A stretch of 63,280 nucleotides of DNA, the filler included, from Octopus bimaculoides (Eukaryota), in NCBI RefSeq assembly GCF_001194135.2. It is 7 parts of 7 records of this genome, joined end to end, with 100 filler letters (N's around TTAATTAATTAA, not from the genome) between each part and the next. Parts side by side here need not be neighbours in the genome. Positions count along the whole stretch, not along the records: positions 39,797 to 58,816 come from NC_068996.1; positions 58,917 to 60,458 come from NC_069002.1; positions 60,559 to 61,999 come from NC_069004.1; positions 62,100 to 63,280 come from NC_068985.1; 3 more parts are not named here. One strand, given 5' to 3'. Position numbers and translations under genes: made by a program. This document shows positions 50,178 through 63,119 of the stretch, piece by piece. Under the pieces are notes generated by a model. The model did no database searches, was not told the origin of the DNA, and saw only the letters and a program-made list of their open reading frames with translations. The stretch's first letter is position 1. The number at the start of each line of letters is the position of its first letter.

Positions 50178-51219
50178 TATATACACGTATGTACATGTAT
50201 GTCTATATGTTTTTATGTATCCATACATATGTATATTTACGTATATATACATATGTATATGTGTGTATGTACATGTGTGTAGATATGTATGTAGATATGT
50301 ATGTATATATGTATGTTCGCATATATACATGTATATGTATGTGTACATACATACACATATGTATGTATACTTATGTATATATATGTATACACACATATTT
50401 GTATGTACGTATGCAAAAATTCATTTATATTTCACGAGAGTTTTTTTTTTTTTGTAACACTCTATAATTAACAGCAACATTTTGAAGTACTAACAATTCT
50501 CAGGAGTTACACGCTTAGCTTTGTATAAATAGAAATGTCATATTAATATTCCATTTTTTTCTTTCTTTTTCAAATTAAATATATAGCTGATGTGAATAAC
50601 AGCTTTCCTACTGAGTAACAATGATGTCAAGAAAGAAAAAAACTAGAGAACGATATACCTGAATATTGCAAAAATTTGTAGGAAAATGTTCCTTGTGGCA
50701 TTGAAGGTGATAGGTGGCATCCAGCATTCATTACTCATTGGCACATATTGGGTCATTAGTCATTACCATTAAAACTGTGCATATCATTACTTAAGTCTAA
50801 CAGAAAGAATTGAAGATAAGATTACAATGGTAATATTACAGGATCAACAGAAATCACTCTTCATTGAATTGAGTATTACAGGAGCAAGGATGAAAGATTA
50901 GCACAGTTGAAAATGTCACACACAATTCCTTGCAAAATTTGGTTATGGTTCTTTAAGTTCTGAGTTGCAATCCTGTCTAGTTCAACATTGCTTTTCTTTT
51001 TCTGGAGTCTTTAGAATAGTGTGTCTGTATATAAAATAAAAGGGAAGTGTTTTATTCTTTTTACATTGTAGTTAATTCATTTTAAAGTACATATTGCAAT
51101 TGAATTATTTCAAGATTATGTATTTCACTGTACATTATTACAAACCAGTTTCACTTCTTATAATCAATATTCATTGCTAGAGTCTTAGTAAGAAGGAAAG
51201 CAAACGAATCACAAATCCC

Positions 51220-52550
51220 TTCAGGTAGATGACTCTACTCGATCTATAGAGAAGGTGTAGGTAGAAATTTCATTAAGATGTACCCAGTGTAAACTATGGA
51301 CACATAAGAGGAGCTGCAATATCAAAGGAAGACTAACTGGGAAGATTGTTTTTGTATGTGGCAGAATCACAGGGGCAATAAACAATGAAAATGTGCAGAA
51401 AACAACTTCCATCACATGTTGGGGGAAAAAACTAGAAGTTGTTGATAGCTTCTGTTACCTAGGTGACCAATTCAGAAGCGTAGGTGGACACTCTGAGAGT
51501 GAAGCTGCTATAATAAGAATAGCCTGGGCAAAGTTCAGAGAGCTCCCACCTCTGCTGGTGACTAAGGGCCTCTCACTCAGAGTAAAAAGTAGACTCTATG
51601 ATGCATGTGTGTGAACAGCCATGCTACATGGCAGTGAAACATGGGCTGTGACTGCTGAGGACATGCGTAAGCTTGCAAAAAATGAAGCTAGTATGCTCCA
51701 ATGGATGTGTAATGTCAGCGTGCTTTCACGACAGAGTGTAAGTGCCCTGAGAGAAAAGTTGGACATAAGAAGCATCAGATGTGGTGTGCAAGAGAGATGA
51801 CTGTGCTGGTATGGTCGTGTGTTGCAAATCAATGAGAACAGCTGTATGTAAAAGTGTCCCACCCTAGCAGTGGTGGGAACCTGTGGAAGAGGTAGACTCA
51901 GGAAGACCTGGGATGAGGTGGTGAAACATGACCGAACGTTGGGCCTCATAGAAGCAATGACAAGCAACTGAAACCTTAGGACATATATTAGATGTTAAGT
52001 GCTACCGATGAGGATTAAAGTGGTCTACACCAAAATTCGAAATCGCAATATGGTCTACACCAAAATTCGAAATCGCAATATGGCTGTATACTCTAAGAGT
52101 ACCCTTCAATCATTGGGCAATAAACTGTGCTTGAGAAGATCTGTTGAGTCAAGTGAAGTCATTGTCATGGCTGATGCCAGTACTGCCTGACTGGCACCCA
52201 TGCTGGTGACACGTAAAATGCACCATATGAGTAGAGTTGATGCCAGTGCCGCCTGACTGGTCCCATGCCAGTGGCGTGTAAAACGCACCATTCAAGAATG
52301 GTCGTTGCCAGTGCTGGTGTTACATAAAAAGCACCATTCAAGCATGGTCGATGCCAATGTTACCTGACTGGTATGTAAAAGGCACCCACTACACTCTTGG
52401 AGTGGTTGGCGTTAGGTAGAATATCCATGTATAGAAGAAATCTTGCCAGATCAGTTTGGAGCCTGGTGTGGCCTCCTGGTTTGCCAGTCCTCACTCAAAC
52501 CATCCAACCCATGCCAGTATATAAAACAGATGTTAAACGATGATGAGGAT
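51220..52550 (+). mobile_element. RTE LINE 3' portion with 3' UTR and (GAT) tail, interrupted by a short insertion
   Basis: KLEVVDSFCYLGD...RIAWAKFRELPPLL..KGLSLRVKSRLYDACV..AMLHGSETW...CGRGRLRKTWDEVVKHD. Confidence 0.9.
51983..52097 (+). mobile_element. Second copy of the short hammerhead-like repeat, with a perfect 30-bp tandem duplication
   Basis: tggtctacaccaaaattcgaaatcgcaata occurs twice (52021-52050 and 52051-52080). Confidence 0.75.
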
Positions 52551-52561
52551 TTGTGTTTATA

Positions 52562-52602
<41 letters not shown>

Positions 52603-53239
52603 CGATCTAATGTAGTCAAATTTCCTTCTCTCTCTGAGTCCTTCATTTTCAATTTATCTCTCTGTCTTCTATTCTCTCTACCATCTAAGAATCTGTCGAT
52701 CTCTCTTGCAGGTCCAACTTTCAATGTTTGCTGTAATTTTCCATTTCACTCCCACCCAGTCTCGATATGTTTCTACAAGTCCATTAATTTCAGTCAGAAT
52801 TTCCAGTTCAACTCTCTTAGAAATTTTCATGGAGGACTGTCTATTGAATCTCATTACCTTGCTCACATATGAAGATGCCCACTGTAGTACTATGTGCATA
52901 TGTTTATGCACATTTGTATGTGTGTATGCATATAGATAAACACATAGAACACGTGGTATTTTTTAACATCCTGTCAGTTGTTTTTACGAGTGTATGTTTA
53001 TGTATAAATGTCTACAATCTGATGGTGGTAATGATTTAGAAATATATATTATGGTGTATGCAGCTACTTCTGCATTGCTGAAGACTAATTACCTTAATAA
53101 TAATAATAATGATAATAGTAACAATAATAATAATAATGATAATAGTAACAATAATAATAATAATAATAATAATAACATTGAAAACTTCTAATTTACCTGC
53201 TAACCGCCCCATCATCACATAGTCCAGTATCCAGAAGGA

Positions 53240-56200
53240 AATAGTAATTATAATCAATGCTGCCACCTGTACCTGCTTACACCAAACTGAAGGACCCGTG
53301 GCCTTCAGGCAAGCAACCACTAAAATCTTCTTTCCAGGTTCATAAGCTCAGAGCTGCCACAATCAACGTTGGCACAATGAAAGGTAGGTCTGGTGATATT
53401 GTTGAAATGCTCCAGCAGAGGCGTGTAGATGTTGTATGCTGTGGGTGAGAGACATAGATACAAGTTTTCTTGGGTGAGAAGCAATGATGGGTTAGGTGGT
53501 TTTTGTATTCTTTTGTTACAGAAATGGGTGGATAAGGTAATGAGGCAGTCAGGGTATGTGATAAGATTATTAAGCTAAGATTAGTCCTGTTTAATTTAAC
53601 AGTGTAATTAGTCTCTGGATATGCTCTACATGTCAGTCTTGCAAATATTCAGAAGAACAATTTCTTTGTATCTCATCAACAGACTACCTTGAGATGAAAA
53701 TCAATGACATTCTCATCGGGGCAGGGGACTTCAAAGGTCATACTGGAGAACACTCTGATTGGTTTTCATGGCATGCATGGGGCTTATGGCTTTGGTTCCA
53801 GAAATTAGGAGAGAACAAGGCTGCTGGGGTTTTGTTATGTGAATGGCTAAATGATTTGTAACACCAACTTCAGGAAACCTGCCAGCCATCTGATCTCTTA
53901 TCAATCTAGTAGGCACATGAACCAGATTCACCTTATTCTCACCAGAAACAGGAACAAGCATATTCTCATGAGCACAAAGTCCTTCCCAGTTGAAAAATAT
54001 ACAACTCAACATAGATCAATGACTTTGGACTTAAGGCTCAAAGGATCCTGAAGCATAAACTGACGTGAAAATGGATGCTGTGGAAGCTGAAATAGGCAGA
54101 GATTTAGATATGTCCTTAATGAAGTCTCTGATGAGGAAATAGAGATGGAGACATACAACATAAAGGACAATTGAAAGTTCTTACAAGACAATCTATTGAG
54201 GGTGACAAATCAAATCTGTGGTTGGAGCAAAGCTTCTGGGAGACCAAAGGTGACCTAGTGGAGAAGCAAGAGTGGGGTAGACAGAGCTATAGAAGAGAAG
54301 AGACGGGCCTGGAAAGATTGGAAAAGTTGGGGTAGCTAAGAACCATATCAGATACCTAAAAGAGAAGCTAGGTGTCAGGTATATCACGCTAGAGCAGAAA
54401 CAGAAAGGAAAAGGTTTGCCAATGTCTTCTTAGCATGCAGATCAGACACTTGATGCGTTCTGGATTGTCAGACAGTGTGTTACAGAGAATCAAGATGTGG
54501 GAGAGAAGTATATATGGACAGATAATAGTACAGTTGCTTTTGAAAAGAAAGAGCTGTGGAAAAGCTACTACGAGCGACTATTAAACATGGAGAATGAATG
54601 TGAGAAAGGGAGTCTTCCTCATGTGCACCCAACAGATGGACCTAACAATTATTATCCTAGTTGACAACAGCATGATAGACAAAGATATAAAGACAGGCAA
54701 AGCCCCTAACCCTTCAGGAGTCACTGCAAAGATGCTCAAGATATCAGGAACAGTTGGATGCTGTCTAGTCTCCTGTATGGTTAATCAGGTTATTCAGGAA
54801 GCTGTAATCCCTAGTGACTGGTGCAGTAGCATCATAGTCAGCTGCTACAAGGGCAAGGGAGATGCCTGAGACAGAATTAATTATAAAAGCATCAAATTGC
54901 TGGGCCAGGTGATGAAAGTTGTGGAGAGATTTATAGCCCAATTAATTAGAGACCGAAATAGACTAGATGAGATGGATTTCAGCTTTGTCCCAGGAAGAAG
55001 CACCACTGATGCTATTTTCATAGTCAGGCAACTGCAAGAGAAGTATTTAGCTAAGAACAAGCTGTTGTGCTTGACAGTTGTTAATCTAGAGAATGCTTTC
55101 AGCTGAGTACCCAGTTCTGTGATATGCTGGTCCTTGAAGAAACTAAGGATAGACAAATGGCTTTTGAAAGCAGTGCACGCCATGTATTAACATACTGTTT
55201 GTAAGGTAAGAGTGGCCACAGATTCACTGATGAATTTAGTGTACAGGTAGTGTGCAGCAAGAGTCAGTCTCAGCCCCCGCCTGTCATCATCATCCTCCAG
55301 GCCATACCAGAGAAATTTGAGACCAGAAGCCCATGGAAACTTCTATATGCTGATGATCTTGCCCTCGTAGTAGAATCTGTAACAAGTATTGGAAAAGAAA
55401 TTCCAGGTGTGGAAACAGAACCTGGAATCTAAGGGTTTTAAAGTACACTTACCAAAGACTAAGGTTCTAGTAAGCAAGAAATTGGACAAGACCCTTCACC
55501 CATCAGGTAAATGATATGTAGGAAGAGTGAAGGCAGGAATTCCATTCTATATACCTCGTGCAAACCAAGGACACACAAAGGATGTAGTGGAATAGATGGA
55601 AGATTAATAGAGAAGTAGTGTTTGTATGTAGAAGCTGCACAGGAGCCATAAAAACCACAAATACATGAGAAATTAATTTCCTTAAATGTCCTGGTGAGTC
55701 TCTGGACGTTGATGATAATTTTTGCTATCTAGGTGGCCTAATTAGCAATGAAGGAAGTTGTACAGAAGTGTAATTGCTAGAATAAGATCAGGATGGAGAA
55801 AGTTCAGAGAGCTTTTACGTCTGTTGGCAATGAAGGGACGCTTTTGTAAGAACTACAATGCTGCATGGCAGTGAGATGTAGGCCCTGAATGCGGAAGACA
55901 TGTTAAGGCTGGAGAGGTATGTTTCGCTGGATGTGGGATGTCAATGTCCATTTGTGACAGAGTATTGGTGTATTCAGAGAGAAGTTGGACATAAGGGGAA
56001 TTATACGCAGTGTGCAAGACAGAAGACTGCACTGGTTTGGTTATGTGATGCAGATGGATGAGGACAGCTGCATAAAGAAGTGTCAATCATTTAAAGTGGA
56101 CGAAAGTTGTGGAAGAGAGAGAGACCCAAGAAGACATGGGACAAAGTTTTGAAGGCTGATCTCAAAATGCTGAACCTTATGAAGGAAATGACAAACTACC

Positions 56201-56432
56201 GAGGTATGTGGCCACAGCAGAACTGAGATCCTAAAACCAAGGTCTCACTTAGAAATTACTAGTGCTGTTGCCACTTAAAAAGCAGTGGTTGGCATTAGGA
56301 GGGACATCCAGCTATAGAAACCAAACTAAAACAGACAATGGAACCTGGTGCAGACCCTGACTTTACCAGTTCCCTTCAAGCCATCCAACGTATTCCAGCA
56401 TGGAAAATAGATGTTAAATGATGATGATGATC
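53240..56432 (+). mobile_element. Near full-length but decayed RTE LINE (APE, RT, 3' end)
   Basis: LRAATINVGTMKGRSGDIVEMLQQRRVDVVC (APE start); GKAPNPSGVTAKMLK; FVPGRSTTDAIFIVRQLQEKY; PWKLLYADDL; ends ...gttaaatgatgatgat. Confidence 0.9.
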
Positions 56433-56730
56433 ATCATCATCGTTTAACATCCGTTTTCTATGCTGGGATGGGTTGGACAGTTTGACTGAGGTCTGGCAAG
56501 CCAGAAGGCTGCACCAGGCTCCAATTTGATCTGGCAATGTTTCTACAGCTGGATGCCCATCTTAATGCCAACTACTCTGAGAGTGTAGTGGGTGCATTTT
56601 ACATGCCACCAGCACAGGAGCCAATAAGGCGGGCCTGGCATCGATCACGTTCGGTTAGTGCTTTTTACATGCTACCAGCACGGGGGCCAGTCAGTGGGTA
56701 CTGGCATCAGCCATGTCTGGATGGTGCTTT
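56433..56730 (-). mobile_element. RTE 3' end, tail-to-tail with the preceding element
   Basis: catcatcatcgtttaacatccgttttctatgctgggatgggttggac..., followed by hairpin units. Confidence 0.85.
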
Positions 56731-57001
56731 TTTATTCTCTAAAATAATTCTAACTTTTCTGCTTTGTCCTATAAAATGACTTTTTTTGTGTCTGTGGTTC
56801 CTTTTGTAAACTGTAATCATATTAATTCATCAAATAACTTCCAAATTGTAATCTCTCTCGCTAAAATAATCCCTTCCCTTGTTTCTTGACTACATATATA
56901 TACCTATTTCATAGCGTTCACTAAAATAATTTCTTTCCTGTCTCTATCCCTCTTGTTCCTTGTTGCAATGGCTACTCCCTGCTATTTCTCTTACTAGGAT
57001 G

Positions 57002-57034
<33 letters not shown>

Positions 57035-57136
57035 AAAGAAATAACTGATATTCAGTTGAATTAGGTACTTAAGTTGAAGCACCAAGTCAGCCAAGTATTA
57101 TCCACACAGCTCGAAGTAAAGTGCTCATTTTGATTT

Positions 57137-57198
<62 letters not shown>

Positions 57199-57317
57199 GT
57201 TTTAGGGAAAATAACCAATATTTTATATATACTTTATCTATAAGGCTCAATTTAATTTTAATTTTTTATAAATTGATTTTAATTGAGTTTTTTACCTGTA
57301 ATTTTGGATTTTGTCCC

Positions 57318-57360
<43 letters not shown>

Positions 57361-57574
57361 CACTTTAGCAAGGTAACTACATGTGCACCGTTGGCATTTT
57401 CTTTCTCTTCTTGGGATTTTTCAAGCATAGCTCTTCGTGGTGAAAGAAGATGGGGGAAATGTCAAACTTTCTCCTTTCATCGGACGTCAAGCTAATACAT
57501 TTCTTGTGCATATCCTCATGTTTGTTTTTTGGGTTTTTTTTATTCATTCATTTGAATTGGTTATTGATATATCA

Positions 57575-57705
57575 TCATCATCATCGTTTAACGTCCGCTT
57601 TCCATGCTAGCATGGGTTGGACGCTTTGACTGAGGACTGGTGAAACCAGATGGCTACACCAGGCTCCAATCCGATTTGGCAGAGTTTCTACAGCTGGATG
57701 CCCTT
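57575..57705 (-). mobile_element. RTE 3' terminal fragment
   Basis: catcatcatcgtttaacgtccgcttttccatgctagcatgggttggacg...gagtttctacagctggatgccct. Confidence 0.85.
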
Positions 57706-57832
57706 AAGGAAAGTAAAACTTGTAGCAGACATTAAATGATATATATATATATATATTATTGTATTTGGGGATGGTCATATTGCCAGTTTAGCCAATAAAA
57801 ACACATGCACTGTATATTTGGTGTTAATTTGC

Positions 57833-58770
57833 TTCAGCTTTATATTACATTACATTAATCCTATTTTGGCCAGAGTCCTTTCGTCACACTTCTGTGACCT
57901 CATCAGTGGTCTTTTGTTTTCTTCTTTCTTATGTGTGTCTCACCTTGCTAACTATCAGCCATTTTGTATTTTGCATTCCTATTGTATGTGTCTACGCATA
58001 CGTATCCCTCAATGTGTGTCTATGTTTTGTAAGTACATGTGTGTGTATGCGGAGTGCCTGTATTATCTATATCCTCTGTTAATACATGTTCGTTTATTTT
58101 TGATTTTATTTATTTATTTGTTCATGTGTTTATACCTACTTTTTTTTTGGTATTTAATTTAATTTTGTTAACGTATGTAGTATTTAATTCCATTTCTTTA
58201 TCTATGTATTGTATTATATTTTGTTCATATTGTTATCAGTTTATGGGGAATTTATTGTCATATGTTGTGGTTTGTGGTTTGTTGGGGGTGTGTGTTAGTG
58301 TTCCATTCCAGTTTCCTATTCAGGCTAGCTTTATCTTCTATTATGTGTGTAGCTTCTGTAATTTGTCTAAGTGCTGCATCTGTTCTATGTGTGGACAAGA
58401 TTTTAATTTCTATGTTGTTGAGTGAGCCTCCGTGTTCCTGCTCAGCGTGCTGGTACAGAACTAATGAGTTCTTCTCTTCCTTAAGTTTCCTCCAATGGTC
58501 ATTTACCCGCTCTCCTATGCTCCGTGCTGTTTCCCCTACATATGTCGTTGTCTTGTCATTGCATCGTCCCTCTGTACATCTTATACTATAGACCACATTT
58601 CTGGATTTACAGTTTGTTTGTGGGCTAAATCTACATACAGTATAGTTCCTATCAGTGCAGGGGGTTCTACTAAAAGGGTATGTTCTACTGATAAGGGATT
58701 TGATAGGGTTCCCTGGCTTTTCAACAACCTTAATTCTTAGCTTAAGTTTGTCTAGGGCCCTTCTATGTGT
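57833..58770 (-). mobile_element. Penelope-like element 3' part: GIY-YIG endonuclease and 3' non-coding region with hammerhead
   Basis: KVVEKPGNPIKSLISRTYPF...CKSRNVVYSIRCTEGRCNDKTTTYVGETARSIGERVNDH...LYQHAEQEH...RQITEATHI...LNRKLEW. The 5' part is lost at microsatellite/gap. Confidence 0.88.
57868..57911 (-). ncRNA. Minimal type I hammerhead ribozyme motif in PLE 3' region
   Basis: GACCA-CUGAUGA-G-GUCACA(GAAG)UGUGAC-GAAA-GGAC-UC|UGGCC. Confidence 0.72.
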
Positions 58771-58916
58771 GCATATATATTTGTTATTATATATGTATAT
58801 ATATATATATATATATNNNNNNNNNNNNNNNNNNNNNNNNNNNNNNNNNNNNNNNNNNNNTTAATTAATTAANNNNNNNNNNNNNNNNNNNNNNNNNNNN
58901 NNNNNNNNNNNNNNNN

Positions 58917-58970
<54 letters not shown>

Positions 58971-60058
58971 CATATATATGTATATGCATGTATGTATCCA
59001 CATATCCTACACACACTAGAACTGAATCTCTCTTTTAATTATCTGTAGATATTTGTGCACGCATGGAAGCGATAAATTGTTGCTTACTACATTTTTGGAG
59101 CGCAATATTTGAAGAAATATACAAAGTTGCACGTAACGATTCGAGTTCTCAGATATTATGCCTCAATGTGCATAATAAAATGATAAACATTGTTCAGTAT
59201 TCTGCTACCATTTTTCAACGAAATTTATTAATGTTTCTGCTGTATACTTTAGGCAAAAACGTGTTAATCGAATTGCATGAGAAATCTTTTTTCTGCTTCA
59301 TCTTAAGCTATTTCAGCTAGTAGGTATCCATATTGGGATAAAAAAGGAATTACTTATTGCAATTGGTGAAATATGATGCTGTATGTATGGGATTCTTTCA
59401 ATTTTCTCAATTATAAGTATTGCATTCTTTTCACAAATGTCGTTCTATAATTTGCTCAAAAACATTATTTTCAAGATTTTCTCATGTCATAATTCGTATG
59501 TAGATTTACATTAGTTATATTTGAAAAGAACCTTAGCTAAGGCACCAAAAGAACTTCAGGTTATATAGAAAAAGAATAAAAACAGTGCTCCTTTCATAAA
59601 AGATACAAGTTGAACTTTTGCACACATGTAATTACGAAAGCTTGATAATCACAAATTATGTTTGCAGAACAAAGGAAGCTGAATTGCCAGAATCACTACT
59701 GAATCCTAACATATTGTGGGGTTGTATCTATGGAAAATTTCTGCGTAATTTTCGAATAACCTACACACGATGTTCTACAGATCACATAACCTATATAAAA
59801 ACAAAAGCAAATAGGAAATCCTGCGGATTTGTTTGAAACAGCACTGATCTACTTAGAAGAACCACAATATTCTTCCTGCTGAAAATGCAAGGTTCTACTT
59901 TCATAATCTCGTTCTACATGTGTATGTCTATAAGTATGTATGTCTATAAGTATGTATGTATGTATGTATGTATGTATGTATGGAATGCATGGATTTATGG
60001 ATAGATGAATGTATGTATTGTATGTATGTATGTATCTATCAATAAATAAAAATTAAAG

Positions 60059-60101
<43 letters not shown>

Positions 60102-60118
60102 GCTATTATCATAATTGA

Positions 60119-60192
<74 letters not shown>

Positions 60193-60194
<2 letters not shown>

Positions 60195-60458
60195 TAGGAG
60201 TCAATGAACTAGATAGGATACAACATACACAAATGAAAGAAAAAATAAATAAAGAGTACTATAGACGAGTTAGATCAATACTAAAAAGAGAGCTCAATGC
60301 TGAAAACAAGATAATAGGTATCAACACTTTAGCTGTCGCAGTTATAAGCTACAGCTACAACATCCTTAATTGGACACTAAACGAACTATCTGAAATAGAC
60401 AGGAAAACAAGAAAAATAATGACAGGATATAGGATGCACCACCCAAAATCTGACATAG
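60193..60458 (+). mobile_element. R4/Dong-like LINE fragment following (TAC)n(TAA)n
   Basis: MKEKINKEYYRRVRSILKRELNAENKIIGINTLAVAVISYSYNILNWTLNELSEIDRKTRKIMTGYRMHHPKSDI; runs into a gap. Confidence 0.88.
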
Positions 60459-60629
60459 NNNNNNNNNNNNNNNNNNNNNNNNNNNNNNNNNNNNNNNNNN
60501 NNTTAATTAATTAANNNNNNNNNNNNNNNNNNNNNNNNNNNNNNNNNNNNNNNNNNNNGTGATTCTCTCGTCGTGAACGACAAATGAGGATTCAGTAAAA
60601 TAAAGCGTGAATCATGTTCTATAGACACG

Positions 60630-60858
<229 letters not shown>

Positions 60859-61039
60859 CATAAATACATCCATATATATGCATACATACATAGATAATGT
60901 TATGTTTATAACTTTGAAGCTTAAAATCATTTAATTGGATAATTCCATATATGAAACATTTTACAACAGATTTATTCCTGTGATTCTAATCTTATTATTG
61001 ATTAACACAGACTTAGTTGTGAGGGCGAGATATCATGAA

Positions 61040-61790
61040 ATACGCCTTCTTGGTTTAAAATACCGCAGTTGTTAGCAACGGTTAAGAAAATTAAAATGGC
61101 TGCATCTGAATTCAAAATGCACCGGTTTTGACTCAAAGAATTCGTCCAACCAAGCCCTCAATTCCACGTCATTATTGAACCATACACCGCGCAAAGCGTT
61201 TGAAAGTGGTCGAACGAGATGAAAATCTGACGGCGTTAGTTATGGAGAGTATGAAGGATGAGGCAGCACTTCCCATTCCAGTTCTTGAATCACGACTGTG
61301 GTTATATTGGCGATGTGAGGACGGGCGTTGTAGTGTTGCAGAAGAACGCCATTTCGCCTATTCGATCCTTTTTCGCTGAATTGCTTTGTTGAGTCAGTTG
61401 AACATAGAGCTCTGCATTGAGTGTTTGGTTGCGCTCAAGCAGTTCGTAATGAATTATGTCTTCCAAGTCCCACCATACACACAACCTGGTCTTCCGAGGA
61501 TGAAGGTCTTCTTTTGCTCGCAGAGTCGCTTGTTTGTCGGAGCTGAGCCATTCTTTTCACTGATGCATATTGACGTAAAGGCACCATTTTTCATCGCCAG
61601 TGACAATGCAGTAAAGAAAATGTTGTTTGTGACCATGTGTTGAGTGATGTCAAGCAAGCAAACTGGTGGAAATTGTGGAGCGTTGAATTTTGTTGTTTTC
61701 GTTCAAAGTGTGTGGCACCCAAGTGCTGAGTTTCTGAACCTTGCCCATTGAGTGAAGGTGGTTCACCACAGTTTTTCTTTTTTTATCACA
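61040..61790 (-). mobile_element. Mariner (DD34D) transposase pseudogene
   Basis: TWVPHTL, IVTGDEKW, LHPRKTRLCVWWD, LLQHYNARPH...YSP*LTPSDFHL (34-residue spacing; second D mutated). Confidence 0.9.
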
Positions 61791-61804
61791 ATCCATCTGC
61801 TCCG

Positions 61805-61999
61805 CCAGTTCTGGATTCTCATTCCTAAGGTATTTTTTCGATGTTATTATTATTATTATTATTATTCAGGTCACTGCTTGGAATCGAACTCGGAATACTG
61901 TGGTTAGTAGCTCGCGCTCTTAACCACTACGCCATATGCCCGTAGTGGTTAAGAGTGCGGGCTACTAACCACAAGATTCCGAGTTCGATTCCAAGCAGT
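61805..61999. mobile_element. Family H SINE fragment with a head-to-head inverted duplication of the tRNA-like head
   Basis: Two 58-bp arms with 4 mismatches around an 11-nt spacer gccatatgccc. Confidence 0.85.
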
Positions 62000-62243
62000 N
62001 NNNNNNNNNNNNNNNNNNNNNNNNNNNNNNNNNNNNNNNNNNNTTAATTAATTAANNNNNNNNNNNNNNNNNNNNNNNNNNNNNNNNNNNNNNNNNNNNT
62101 TTTTTTTTTTGAAGAGCGTAGTCTCGAAACATAAATGAGTTTTTCATTTTCCCGAGCATGAAACTAATACACTTGCTTGTGGTTCATACACTAGTCTTCG
62201 TCTTTTGTTTTTCTATAAATGTCCATTACACACATACACACGC

Positions 62244-62274
<31 letters not shown>

Positions 62275-62666
62275 AATATCTCATAAAAAATCAGGAGGTA
62301 TGACAGGTAACTATAGTTATTTAACCATTTTACATCTCTGGAGTTACGGTCGTTTCACAGCCTTCTTTCTGTACTAATATTTTCAATGGGGAAATAATTT
62401 GTCTACATGTTCATATTAATATACTAAACCTTATACAAAACAGAGCAGATGAGAAGGTGAAATTGAAAAATTTCTCTTCCAGTATTTCATGATGTAAAAC
62501 AACACTGGGACTGTAATTATAACTCAGCATGTTCCACAATTGTAATTATAATTTACTTAAATATATATTTTGGTAGATAAATAACGAGTGTTATGTAGAG
62601 AGTATATTTTCATATATTCAATACTAAAACTATCTTCGTGGTTATTTTTAAAGAGTAAAACATTGG

Positions 62667-62705
<39 letters not shown>

Positions 62706-62765
62706 TTATTTATCTATCTATCTATATGTATGTATATATTGTAATAATAATAATAATAATAATAA

Positions 62766-63023
62766 CCAATGAATGGAATTCATTAATATTTTAATGCATC
62801 GCTACGCGCGTATCCCCAGATCAAAGGTTTCTTACGATCATAGTCCGTCTTCCGATGATTACAGAAGAGTCCGTCGTATCCAACGCATGAATATGATCAA
62901 TCCGTTATCCATGGGTACCACGGACTGTACTGTAATCATCCTGGAAATACAGATTGTGATCCGAAGAAAAATGTGATTCGTTGCGTAGCAATGCATTAAA
63001 ATATTTATAAATTTCATCCATGG

Positions 63024-63024
<1 letters not shown>
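62766..63024. repeat. ~260-bp imperfect palindrome (foldback/MITE-like) flanked by (TAA)n and (TTA)n
   Basis: aatattttaatgcatcgctacgc pairs with gcgtagcaatgcattaaaatatt; gatgattacagaagagtccgtcgtatcca pairs with tgggtaccacggactgtactgtaatcatc. Confidence 0.85.

Positions 63025-63119
<95 letters not shown>

Noticed and set aside
62773-62976. Short ORFs across the terminal palindrome (e.g. HGYHGLYCNHPGNTDCDPKK)
   Set aside because: No recognisable family or strong splice sites; the inverted-repeat structure explains the sequence better.
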